The notes beneath the pieces are model-generated. The model saw only the letters and a program-made list of their open reading frames with translations. It ran no database searches and was not told the origin of the DNA. 64,000 bases of DNA from Corallochytrium limacisporum Hawaii (Eukaryota > Protista > Pluriformea). The translations under genes and the position numbers were made by a program. The stretch lies in the NCBI GenBank assembly GCA_002811645.1, contig PDIP01000009.1:68214-132213 (forward strand), written 5' to 3'. This document shows positions 46,664-57,600 of the stretch, piece by piece; the first letter of the stretch is position 1, and every line of letters begins with the position of its first letter.

Positions 46664-49600
46664 TTACAATTTGTCACTTGAGTGAGACACCAGCCGCTCC
46701 GTAGATCGCCATCTGCTCTTCGATGGACGTAACATCTCGTCCAGGTCATCTGACCACTTAACCTCTCCGACTGGTTCTGCCTCCTGACCAACGTAGCCAG
46801 CGTATATATCAACGGGCTCAGCCTCCTTGTCATTCAATGCGATGTCCTCAAGTTCTTGCTGCAGAACCTCGTCCTCATGGATTGATGTCGAACGGAGTCG
46901 CTCCATTTTGCCAGCATCAAGCACCTGCTCCATGAGCTTCGGTCTGCGATAGATACCTTCTTCTCCGAAGCTTGCATGCATGACACTCGCACTCGATGTC
47001 TCCAAGCGATACAGAATACGTGTGATACGGAAGATGACTTCGTGAACTGTTTCACAGGGAGGGAATTCAACCTCACGCGATGCTACATGAGCGTGTAGCT
47101 GGGTCCTTTCAGGTGAGTACCGCACAATGATGCGTTCGAGATCCCTCTTCTTTCTGACACTGATTGGCAGGTGTGCAGAACCCGTGCACATGATAACAAA
47201 CCGCCGCAGATCGGTGCTCCTGGTGGCGTCAGAAGTGAAGACCCGCTTCACTAGGTTCAGCATTTCATTGTCGGCATCATTGAATTCCTCAAAGTCAATA
47301 AATTCCAAAAGTCCGTGGCCATCGACATGCTGATCACCGCAACTTAGCAACATGACATCCAGTGTGTTGAGACTGTGCTCTTCTGCCAGCTTCATGAAGA
47401 TACCCTCGGAGTAGAACCCTTCGCGCAATGCGCGCATTTGCTGCGCCCGGCAGCGATACAAAGACTCCAACCATTTCTTTGTGAAGCGATCCAGGTTATG
47501 GGTCCCTTCCCGTCCTCGTCTAGGGGCACTGCTGGCTCTCGTATGACTGGCTGTTCCCCTAAGATTGCTATCCCCTCCTTCCTCCATGGATGACATCTCA
47601 AAAACGGGTAGAAGGTCCCGATTTACGCTGATTGATGACGCTGACAAAGGGTCAAACAAGCTGAAGTCTTCAAAGGACGGATTTTGGCCCAAGAAGTAGC
47701 GGTAGATCATCGGGGCCAAGGGAGCGGCAATGCAAACGTCGTAAATCATGGCATGGAGCAACAATGCACCAATCGTACGGAAATCGTCCAGGTTCTGGTT
47801 GTCTTCAGCAGGCAGATAGTATGTTGCCTTGCGCTCGAATAACCCATAGCGTGGGTCGACCATTTGTGTAAAGAACTTCTCAAGTACTCTGCCCATCTGT
47901 CCATCAGCATCGCGGTATCCAGTAATGCGGACAGGTATCTTCACCGATTTGACGTGCTGGAACGCAACGAGAAGTTGAGGTACCAATTCTTCACCGTCCA
48001 GTTCCACCAAAAGTTCTTCATTTTTACACCGCAGGTTCTGAAGACTCCGCCGTGCTTGGAAGATTCGCTCATCTGCAGTCTCCAGTGCAGTTACGAAGAC
48101 CTGAGTGTCCACATGAACCTCCCGAGGCAAGGAGAAGTAGGCAGAGTGCAGGACGTCGCTGACGCTGGACAGGCTGTTGTCGATACACACCTCCCGTAGT
48201 ACCTCCTTTGCGTTTTCATCAGTCAGTGCATTTAGGTCCTTCGGAACAGCCTGACAATACAAATCCTTTGTGAGTAGCTGGTACAGAATTAGCATGGCTC
48301 CACGAATGTCCTGCTGACGTCCTTCCTCAGGGTCAATGTCCTCTGCCTTGCCCAAATTTGTCAGCCTAGGAGATCCGTCCTTGTCCATCAGGACTTGATC
48401 CAAGAGCAATTTGCCGTGGAAGATGCCACGCGCGTGAAGGTATCCAAGGCCATTGAGAATGCACCGCACAATGCTACAGACCTTTTCAGAGTCCATGTCT
48501 CTGTCCCGCTCGACATACTCCCGCAACGTCCCTCCCTCGCAGTAGGGCATCTCAACATAGACGTAGTTGTCATCATAGAAGAATCCGTTGATGCCAACCA
48601 CATGAGGATGGCTGAACTGTCTGGGAAGCAGAATCTCACTCTGTGCTAGTTTTTTCTCATCACGCTTCAAGCGCTTGATGATGACAAGATGCTGCTCATC
48701 ATGAGACACATGCTTGCGCCGCATGAGGTAGATAGTCCGCCGGGGGTCCGCATTTGGTATCTGCTTGAGTTCCTCGTAGTCATCCACAATGTTTCTGGTA
48801 AGGTATGCACCACTGTTGATCAAATTGACCATATCCGGATCTTGACCTCGACTTCCGTGGGTCATTGCGCTGGCCTGTGCAGCCTTCTCTGGGTAGTGTA
48901 CGCCTCCCTCTGTGATGATCGTCGTGAGTACACAACGTCTCTGGTTCGTCACCTGTTTGAGCTGTTGCTTCGCTTTAACTAGTTTCTGCCTTGCTGCGGA
49001 GGCCTCGGCATCGTTCTCAATCAAATCATCGTGCATCTGCTGCTTCCATCCCCGACGATTCAGCAGAGAATTGAAGCTCATTTCAAGGCTTGTGATTGAC
49101 TTGCGCTCCTTCTCAATCTGAGTGCCGAGTTGTTGCACTTCCTTAAACCGAGTTGAAAGAGTCTTCTGGAGCTCGGACCTGCCATTGATCTGCCGATATT
49201 TCATTCTCCACAGGTCATACAAAGTGATGAGGCCGATGACAATCAATTCAATCATGCCCCCGTTGTCCATCACGGGCTTCACACTGCGGAGCAGAACAAC
49301 GGACTCGTCCTGGGCTTCTCGTAGGCGGTAGTGCATTACCGGAGTGTCTAGCGCTTCCCCGAGGAACTTCACTTGATTCGAAGGACTTAACCAGTTGACG
49401 TATCCATACAAAATATGGCAGGATTCGTACAGAGAAGACAAAAGACCACGCTTCTCTCTTACAGAAATCATGAGTTGGCTCAGCTCTTCCAGGTGATCTT
49501 CGAGGATAGTGGTGTAGTCCTTCAGAGCCCTGTTTCGTTCCTTCAGTACTTTGTCAAGCTTCCCCCCGGCTTGTAGCCCGTCCCGTTGAACCAGATCTCC

Positions 49601-51175
49601 GACAGCGGAAAACGCATTATGAGTCCTTTGTTCTGCCACGTTTTGCTCCTCCTGCACTTTCTCAGTGATGTGGTAAAGCGAACCCATAGTCTGACGATAC
49701 TGCGAGAATAGGGCACGAATGGAATTGATTTGCGCTTTGAGAATGAGCGTTGGTCCATCTGATACCAAAGCATTTGAATAGCGCATTAGCATGTGCTCAG
49801 TATCTTCAGTTTCGCGCAGCTCTTCCATGATTCTGTGGTCCTCCTGTTCCCGTATTTCCTCCTTGGCAGATTCGAGCTCTGATTCTGTGTGCTGCGTATG
49901 TTCCGCATGCTCCGATTCGGATGGCATACTTTGCCTGCTCATCTCCATGTCCGGTTGAGGATCGGAGTCCGCGGCCAAGGACGAGTCAACCAACCGGCCA
50001 TCTTCAGTGGAGCGGAAGCTGGCACGTCTAATTCGGTCTGCATGTGATTGACTGTGATGAGTGCCGCCAGCAAGATTGTTCAACAGCTCTTCAGTTGCAT
50101 CCTGTAGGAGCTGCGCCAAATACTTCATGACAGTTGTCGGTCCCTTCTTAACCTTCGGTGCAATGTCTGCACTCCAGGGATTGCCATTCAAATGCAATGT
50201 GGTCAATTTACTACACCGAGCTAGGGTGTACGGCAGATCGGTAAGGTTATTATGATTCACCGCGAGCAGCACCAAAGAACGGAGATTACCAATTTCGTCA
50301 GGTAGCTCCTGCAGCTGATTGTGCGCCAAATTAAGCATGCTTAAGTTCTCGAGATTCCCCAGTTCTACGGGAACTTTCGTTAGATTGTTGCGCTTCAAAT
50401 GCAAGACTGTGAGTGTCTGCATTGATCCAATGCTGTCGTCAATGACACCGCCCAGCTCATTCCGGCCCAAACCAAGGACAGAAATAGATGGGAAATTCAA
50501 AGCCCCTGACTCGATCACGCTAGCCCCATTGCCTTCAATCCACAAGTTCTGAAGGCTTGTCAAACGACTCATCCATGCTGGAATTGTAGTGATGCTGTTG
50601 TCATCCAGCCACAACTCCTGTAGCTCATTCAAATTTCCCAGTCCCTCAGGTAGACTTTCCAGGTCATTGTCATACAGCCATACAATGCGCAGCTCAACAA
50701 GATTACCCATGGACTCCGGCAATGTTGTCAAATTATTTCTGTGCAACCAAAGCTCACGAAGGTTAACGAGCTGTCCAATGTTTTCGGGCAGTTTTGTGAG
50801 CTGGTTCTGGCCAAGTCCAAGGACTGTTAATTCCGTGAGGTCACATACTTCGTCTGGTAACTCCTTGAGAGCGTTCTCGGACAATGAAAGAATTTGCAGA
50901 TTCTTCAAGAAACCTAATTCTTTTGGCAGCCGTTCCAGGCGGTTGTGAACCACTGAAATTTTTTCTAATTGTGTTGCGGCCTCTAAGAATTCCTTGGGGA
51001 TCTCTGTGATGTAGTTTCGGTTGAAAGCAAACGAGATTATGCGACTTGCAATGGAGCCACTGCCGCTACCACGTACAGTCAACTCAACTGGGATACCTCG
51101 TAATGAGAGCTCCGATAAATCCAGAGTACCGCCGACGTCTGCGGCTTTCAGCCGGTACTGGACCTCTGCGTCCAT
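46664..51175 (-). CDS. LRR - coiled-coil - pseudokinase - HECT-like multidomain protein (1503 aa)
   Basis: About 13 LxxLxLxxNxL repeats (about 51130-50180); heptad-rich centre; kinase fold (VIIK, HPHVV, EMPYCEGGTL, LGYLHARGIFHGK) at about 48785-48135; HECT-like region (FFTQMVDPRYGLF, FRTIGALL, EDFSLFDP, FVIMCTGSAHLP, HAHVAS..FPP) at about 47925-47010. Confidence 0.85.
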   Translation of the reverse strand: MDAEVQYRLKAADVGGTLDLSELSLRGIPVELTVRGSGSGSIASRIISFAFNRNYITEIPKEFLEAATQLEKISVVHNRLERLPKELGFLKNLQILSLSENALKELPDEVCDLTELTVLGLGQNQLTKLPENIGQLVNLRELWLHRNNLTTLPESMGNLVELRIVWLYDNDLESLPEGLGNLNELQELWLDDNSITTIPAWMSRLTSLQNLWIEGNGASVIESGALNFPSISVLGLGRNELGGVIDDSIGSMQTLTVLHLKRNNLTKVPVELGNLENLSMLNLAHNQLQELPDEIGNLRSLVLLAVNHNNLTDLPYTLARCSKLTTLHLNGNPWSADIAPKVKKGPTTVMKYLAQLLQDATEELLNNLAGGTHHSQSHADRIRRASFRSTEDGRLVDSSLAADSDPQPDMEMSRQSMPSESEHAEHTQHTESELESAKEEIREQEDHRIMEELRETEDTEHMLMRYSNALVSDGPTLILKAQINSIRALFSQYRQTMGSLYHITEKVQEEQNVAEQRTHNAFSAVGDLVQRDGLQAGGKLDKVLKERNRALKDYTTILEDHLEELSQLMISVREKRGLLSSLYESCHILYGYVNWLSPSNQVKFLGEALDTPVMHYRLREAQDESVVLLRSVKPVMDNGGMIELIVIGLITLYDLWRMKYRQINGRSELQKTLSTRFKEVQQLGTQIEKERKSITSLEMSFNSLLNRRGWKQQMHDDLIENDAEASAARQKLVKAKQQLKQVTNQRRCVLTTIITEGGVHYPEKAAQASAMTHGSRGQDPDMVNLINSGAYLTRNIVDDYEELKQIPNADPRRTIYLMRRKHVSHDEQHLVIIKRLKRDEKKLAQSEILLPRQFSHPHVVGINGFFYDDNYVYVEMPYCEGGTLREYVERDRDMDSEKVCSIVRCILNGLGYLHARGIFHGKLLLDQVLMDKDGSPRLTNLGKAEDIDPEEGRQQDIRGAMLILYQLLTKDLYCQAVPKDLNALTDENAKEVLREVCIDNSLSSVSDVLHSAYFSLPREVHVDTQVFVTALETADERIFQARRSLQNLRCKNEELLVELDGEELVPQLLVAFQHVKSVKIPVRITGYRDADGQMGRVLEKFFTQMVDPRYGLFERKATYYLPAEDNQNLDDFRTIGALLLHAMIYDVCIAAPLAPMIYRYFLGQNPSFEDFSLFDPLSASSISVNRDLLPVFEMSSMEEGGDSNLRGTASHTRASSAPRRGREGTHNLDRFTKKWLESLYRCRAQQMRALREGFYSEGIFMKLAEEHSLNTLDVMLLSCGDQHVDGHGLLEFIDFEEFNDADNEMLNLVKRVFTSDATRSTDLRRFVIMCTGSAHLPISVRKKRDLERIIVRYSPERTQLHAHVASREVEFPPCETVHEVIFRITRILYRLETSSASVMHASFGEEGIYRRPKLMEQVLDAGKMERLRSTSIHEDEVLQQELEDIALNDKEAEPVDIYAGYVGQEAEPVGEVKWSDDLDEMLRPSKSRWRSTERLVSHSSDKL

Positions 51176-52498
51176 GGTAACAAATCTTCCGAACTATGGG
51201 CCAGTACAAGATATTTCATGCGCTGGTTTTGTTCCAGCATATGTGCATCTAAGCGTGTGTGCAGCTAAATACCAATGTAGACGACATCTATGAATGCCTG
51301 TCGATTCATAAGGCTCGGTACGATCCCTGTGTTTCCCATTGTGACGTTTGTTCCCTTTCCGTTCTCGTTCGACCGGATGGTGGTGAATGCTATATCCTCT
51401 GGGAGGCCCCTGCAATCGCCCCCTGCTTAACCCCCCCTTTCTATCCACTGTCTCTGCGTAAGCTCTCATTTTCGTTTTCTCTCATAAGCTACCGTATGTT
51501 GAATGTTAGTCTACAGGGTTTCAGAGTCTTGTTTGTATTCCTTTTTTGGTTGCTCCACAGTCGTCCCAGAGAAAATTCACGAGCGGTAGCGAAACACGGC
51601 ACAAACGTTATATATTACCCGCTGCATCCCGTGCCAAAATGTAGATGAGCTGCTGCTACCGGCAGCGCACCAGACGCGCGCACCGCAACCGCTACTACGA
51701 CTCAGAAACCCTCCGCCTTCTCCATCTGAAAGAACCGCTCTCTTACCAAAGAACTTCCCCGCCGGCAGAGCTAAGAACGCAAAGCCACAGCAATGAGCAT
51801 CTGCACAATCTCCCCCGTCCGGACCCACAATATCGGCTCCCCGCCACCCTAACCACTTCCGCGATACGAACAGCGCTTCGGTAATATATATAAATCACCG
51901 ACTTTACTCACTGTTACACCCTGGTAGTTATGCTCGCACTGGAATAGTAAGCATTGTCGGCTTCTGCTGAGATTGCAAATATCTCTACTGCTCTACTGGT
52001 TTCTATAGTTTACGCATTACTGGATTGTACGTGCACACATCAAAATGGGAGTCTATTTTCTCTTGATCTACGAAAACCCCGAATAATACGAATACGACCA
52101 ATGTCACACAAATAGTATTGGCTTGAGCGTAAACGGCCTCTCGGAGTTGCCAGCAACGAACACGGACCAAGGCTGACGAACTGTGATAATCATCCAAAAT
52201 CGGGGGTCCAAAGACTAAGACCAAGCCGGGGTAGCGAAAAAAGGTGGCAGACGGAGCTGTGTAGCCAAGCCGTTCCGTGGTCTGAGACCCAGGAAATAGC
52301 TCTCTCACGCTGGCACTCCGCGGAGGGTAAATTGGGGAACCTTTTGGCCTTGACGAGACTGCGAATAACATCGAATATAGCGGAAGATAATAGAAGGAAA
52401 AAGCCCTAATTGTCACACCTGTTCCGCAATAGTTGCTTTCCAGGTATCTTAAGCAGACGACTGAAGGGTATGACAGTGTCAATGTCAAAGTTTCCAAC

Positions 52499-53830
52499 AT
52501 GATGAACACCGGGGCAAAGGAGGTGTCATGTGACCGACTGCGTATCTCAACAATGCAAGTGAACAGGCGTATGTTGTCTGCCAAGGCGGTGTACGGCTTG
52601 TACTTTGCGGGTGCGTCTGCATTGACACCATACTTGCCGGTGATTCTCAGAGCGAGGGGGTTCTCGCCTACTCAAATTGGACTGATTTCTGGGCTTCGGC
52701 CTAGCTATGGATTCGTCGGTTCAATTTCATTGTGCGCGATCTCTGACAAGTTCAACTTGCATCAAATTGTCCTCTATTCTTCGTTCATAATCGGAAGTTT
52801 ACTCAAGCTGGCATATTGGATATGCGATACATATCTGCAGTTCTTTATTGCTGCGACACTTGCAGCGGTGGTGGCAGGGCCCGTCATTCCCTTAATTGAC
52901 AGCAGTGTGGTTGCAATGTTGGGTGATCGGCCACAAGACTATGGTAAGCAGCGAGCATGGGGTGCTGTTGGGTGGGGCGGTATGTCTCCAGTTGTTGGTT
53001 ACCTTGCGGCCCACTTTGGAGAGCACGCATATTTCTTTTGCTTTGCAACTCTAGCAGTGCTCACCCTAATGACCATGGCAAGAATCCCGGTAAAGAGGAC
53101 CCCCAACAAGGACCCATTCTGGCAAAATCTAAAGCTTGTCATTCGCAGCATGGAATTCCTTGAGGTCTTATACCTGGTTACCATATGCGGTCTAGCTTTT
53201 GGTTCTATCTCAAACAATTTGTTTTTGTATATTGATGATCTTGGTGGTAACAGCACCATCATGGGACTATCTCTGCTATTCACTTGCATATCTGAGGTTC
53301 CTGTACTACAATTCAGCCATCATTTCCTAGAGCGCATGGGTGTGGAAGCGGTGATTTACACCAGCATAGCATGCTATGTGTTGCGATTGACTTTGTATTC
53401 CATCACTACAAATCCGTATATGATCTTGCCAGTTGAATTTCTGCACGGGATCACGTTTGGTGCTATGTGGGCGAGCACAACCTACTTTGCGCAGACGCGT
53501 GCACCAGCAAACCTTAAGGCAACTATTCAAGCTATGCTTTCCGGATTATGGTCAGGTGTTGGTGCCGGCACTGGCGCTGTGATCAGCGGAAGAATGTACG
53601 ACGAGTTTGGGGGTGCACAGACCTTTCAATACTGCGCAATTTTCATGGCAGGAGCTGGTCTCTTAGGTCTCTGTGGTAGACTTGTGCGTGTGCATTTCTA
53701 TGGCCGCGCTGATGATATTGAACTACTGAAGATGGACACGTTTGCCTATACTGCCCTCGATGACAAGGAACAATTTGGTGACGGCGAGAGCAGTGGAGAC
53801 ATCTATGGTGATCCAGAGGATGCGATCTAG
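52499..53830 (+). CDS. Major facilitator superfamily transporter, MFSD6-like
   Basis: PYLPVIL..RGFSPTQIG, ISDK, YGKQRAWGAVGWG, SEVP, EFLHGITFG, GVGAGTG; about 12 TM segments. The ORF-track start is TTG; the first ATG is at 52499 (52553 is an alternative). Confidence 0.9.
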   Translation: MMNTGAKEVSCDRLRISTMQVNRRMLSAKAVYGLYFAGASALTPYLPVILRARGFSPTQIGLISGLRPSYGFVGSISLCAISDKFNLHQIVLYSSFIIGSLLKLAYWICDTYLQFFIAATLAAVVAGPVIPLIDSSVVAMLGDRPQDYGKQRAWGAVGWGGMSPVVGYLAAHFGEHAYFFCFATLAVLTLMTMARIPVKRTPNKDPFWQNLKLVIRSMEFLEVLYLVTICGLAFGSISNNLFLYIDDLGGNSTIMGLSLLFTCISEVPVLQFSHHFLERMGVEAVIYTSIACYVLRLTLYSITTNPYMILPVEFLHGITFGAMWASTTYFAQTRAPANLKATIQAMLSGLWSGVGAGTGAVISGRMYDEFGGAQTFQYCAIFMAGAGLLGLCGRLVRVHFYGRADDIELLKMDTFAYTALDDKEQFGDGESSGDIYGDPEDAI

Positions 53831-54640
53831 GCGACAAACAGGTGCCACTCTCCAACTTGGATGGTTGAGGATTGTCATTAAAATACGATAATTTAGTTAG
53901 GGGTTCTGTTTGTATTGTGACCTTTGTTTTCTACGGTCTCGTTGTCCGTGCCTCCCGTGCTGACCGGTATGTATAATTGGTAGGGATCGAAGAAAGGAGG
54001 GGAAGACACGGTGCACAAAGCTTTTCGCGCAAAAAAAAAAAAGGGGGAAAAAAATTTCACGCAATCCGCTACTTAACGTATCCGTTCAGAACCGGAAGCC
54101 CTGAGAAACCCGCCCGCTTGTTTTGCGGCTTGTGTGTGCATTTGCTAACCGCTCACGCGCTCCCCTTTTGTTGATGCCGCAAGAATCCCTTCATTGCAAT
54201 ACCCAACCTACTCGCAGAGCGGGCGATACGGGATTCATTAATTCATTTCCGTTGAGATGCGAGGAGGGACGATACCAAAGAAAAGAGTTCGGAAACCGAA
54301 GTGCTGCTGATAGTATGGGCGGCGAGCGGGACAATATGTTCACTCCACCTTTCCACACACCTCAACAAATCCATCGACTAGTGTCACTGTTCCCCTGTTG
54401 CTGTTGCCCAGTACGACACTGTACATACAAACCGCCGTACCTCAAATCCGAAAGGACCCAAAGGAGAGAGTCGCGATATGACCTGATAATGTATTTGGGC
54501 AGCCCCAGTTTACACATTCCCAATTCGGATTACTAGATTAGTATCTGCAATTACCAGAACTGCAGTAACTGTGGTTTCGTGAAACTGGGGATCTCGTGCA
54601 ATGTAAGGGCACCATTAGTAGTGAGTAGTACTAACGAACG

Positions 54641-57600
54641 ATGCGGCTTCAGCAGACAGTTCCGTCCGCTGTTGCCGTGTCTCCTCAGGAGACTGTGCGA
54701 CAAGCGGGAGAATTTGGCTCCGCCAATGTGATCGATGGTGCGAGTCTTGAAGGCTTCCCTCACATTGCTTTTGTAACATGCGCAGGAAGTGTAGTCATCC
54801 AACGAGAAGACTTTGTATTCGTTCAGCGGTTGTCCGCAAAGGAGCTCGGTATACATGTTCCGAACTGCGTGCGTTGGAACAAGCTTACTGGAGAACTGGC
54901 GGTAGGAACGGGTCCAATGCTGCTAATTTTTGAACCTAGATTGTCTTCAGTACCTGCAAGATTTGCATGCTCTATGAGGGTGCGGTCAAGTCGAGGTCCT
55001 ACGGACGATGAAAGATATGAGGTGTCTCCATATGCAGTGAATGGAAACGTTACCTGGGTCCTGACTTCCAGTGTTGCCTGTGATTCTGATGTGCAGTCCT
55101 GTGACTGGAGTCCGGTATCGGGAAACTCTTTGATTTTGTCGACAAACACAGAACTTCAACGGCTTAGACGTCACGTTAGTGGACCTGGACGGGCGCAGAG
55201 ATTTACTGTGTTGGCCAGCATGAAGCTTCCGAATCCGGCGAAACTTGTCAGAGTCTCGCCAGATGGTCGATTGTTTGCGACAGTCGGCTCGTATGACCGG
55301 CATGTCAAGGTCTGGTTCCGACCTGAAATGCGCTCGGATCTTCGACTCGGTGACGAAACCGGAAGACCACGGCATCTTGAATCAGACTACATGTTCATAT
55401 ACGTAACCCATGCGAGGGCGGTAAATTCTTTTAGCTGGAGAACACCGAGGGCGGTTTTGCAACAGAGTGGGAGACAGGATGGCGACCTTCCTAGTGAATA
55501 TCCCACCAATGTTCTGCTCACTAGTAGCATTGACGGCTACCACAGATTGTGGTGTGAATCATCGCCTATCGAGAGCGTGAATTTCTATCTGGGACTCATC
55601 TTAGCACCAGCATCTGCGGAGGAATCTTATGGAAGTGAAGATGGTACCCACGCAGCCGCTTTCTGGATTGACAATGTCGCTGTCCGTCACTGTTTGAATC
55701 CATCAAGTTTTGAACCATCCCTTGACCCCGTGAAGACTCCAGGAGACGAACTAGAGAACGGCGTGCGCCATAAGACCCACAACCCTCTCCGGCAGTCAAT
55801 TGGATTCCAAACTGAGCCAACGTACAATGGAGGGGAGAAGGTTCTGCGAATGTCCTCGGCGTCGTCGACTACTTCAATGCAGTCATATCACGGACATCAT
55901 GTCCCACTAGTAGACAGGAGAAGTCGCCTGCAAATCAACGTCGTGGATGAAGAACAGACAATTGTACAGAGCTTGGTGCATATGGATGGCATTGGCACCA
56001 ACATCGTCACAAGTGGAGGCATCATGCGTCTGAATGTGGACTTCCTAGCTGTCTTTTGCACCAACAACACCGTGAAGGTTTACCAGATCGAAGGCCTAGC
56101 TGATGCTCCGCGGCGAATGATTAGAAAGTCCCTACTCAGCTGCGAAGAGATGCTATCTAATGGAAAGGCTTATAAGTTTGCACCTATGGTGCGCATCTAT
56201 GCAGAGAATAGCCATGTACATGGTGATCATGGATATGGGGTGAACAAGGAGCTTTATGTGCTTGCTGTTGGGAACGATCAAGATTTACTCAAGTACCATC
56301 TCGGTATTTCCGTAAAACCGCGGTTTCAAATTTCTAAGTTTGAGTTCCGAGCCAGACTGCGAGGTCATTCTGATACAATCAGGCAGCTACGACTGCACCC
56401 AAGCAAGCCGCTGTTTGCATCGATATCCCAGGATGAATTGATGGTATGGAAAACGTTCCGTGTGCCCTCCATGGCGAAAAGGAAACAGGTCATTGAAGAA
56501 GTTGATCGCTGGAAGGATTCACTTTCTATACGATGCTGTTCATGGAGTGTTGTAAGCAACCATATCCTCGTTGCAACAGAGGAGACAGCCTACTTTGCTT
56601 CTGTCACCGATTCTGCAATCGAGATCATGAAAGAGGTACCTGAGTTTGCAGGAGCACGAGCAATCATCTGCATTCGATGCATATTTGACAGTCGGCGCGG
56701 TTATTTCGTGGGTGTGTTCGAAGACCGCACTCAGGTTGTTGGCATGATTGTCAGACAAGACGAGCACGATGTTGAGAAGGTGAGTCTGGAGAAACCTGCT
56801 GCAAGCACCCTTCCTGACTTGAGCGATCCTCCACTCTGTATCGACGGTGGCGATATCCCTGGATTGGGTTTTAATATCTTTCTTGGCACAAAACAAGGCC
56901 AAGTTCGGCAGTACGCCTGGGATGAGGACTATTCCATGTGGATGTTAATGGATGTTTTAGACGACGAGTTAGTGAGAGGAATGGAAGTGTCAAGGATCAG
57001 CGTAGCCCATTCCAATCTGATCGCTGTAAGCTATGGCTCTTCCAAGTCATCTAAGTCTGAGGTGTACATCTGGGAAGCGATGTCCAGTGGTGGCGAATTT
57101 GGTGTCCAGCAGCGAATCAACCTCGACGGCAGAGTAACCTGGCTTGAATGGACTGGCATTGGGGATGGGTCTGTCATCTTAGGTATCTGCTGTAACAACA
57201 TTGTTCAACTATTCTACAGCAGCAGCTCTGGAGATGTCATCTCAACCGTGCATCAGGAATGGGATTGCCTGTACACTATTGATTGTCGGGAAAAGTTTGA
57301 GACTTCTGAACATTTGTTGATATGTTGGACTCATGACGGTTCCATCGCTGTTTGTGACCACAGTTTGGTTGAGATTTATACGAAGTGGCTGCCGTCCCAC
57401 TACTACGAAATCGACGACAAACAAATTGCCATGGAAAACGAAGACGTTGTCGAGGATGTGGAGGAGGAAGACGTCAGCAGTGTCGATTTTGAGGCACAGC
57501 TCAAAGCAGACGCTGGTATGCTGCCCTCAATTTTTGATCTCAAAAGGTACCATAGCCACAGAATTCCATTCTATCACCCAACTGTGCTTTCCTCTGCGAT

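Noticed and set aside
54621-54652. GTGAGT...TACTAAC...CAG resembling a 32-nt intron at the DMXL start
   Set aside because: Splicing would remove the ATG at 54641, whose product MRLQQTV..AV matches the DMXL N-terminus, and there is no AG between TACTAAC and that ATG.
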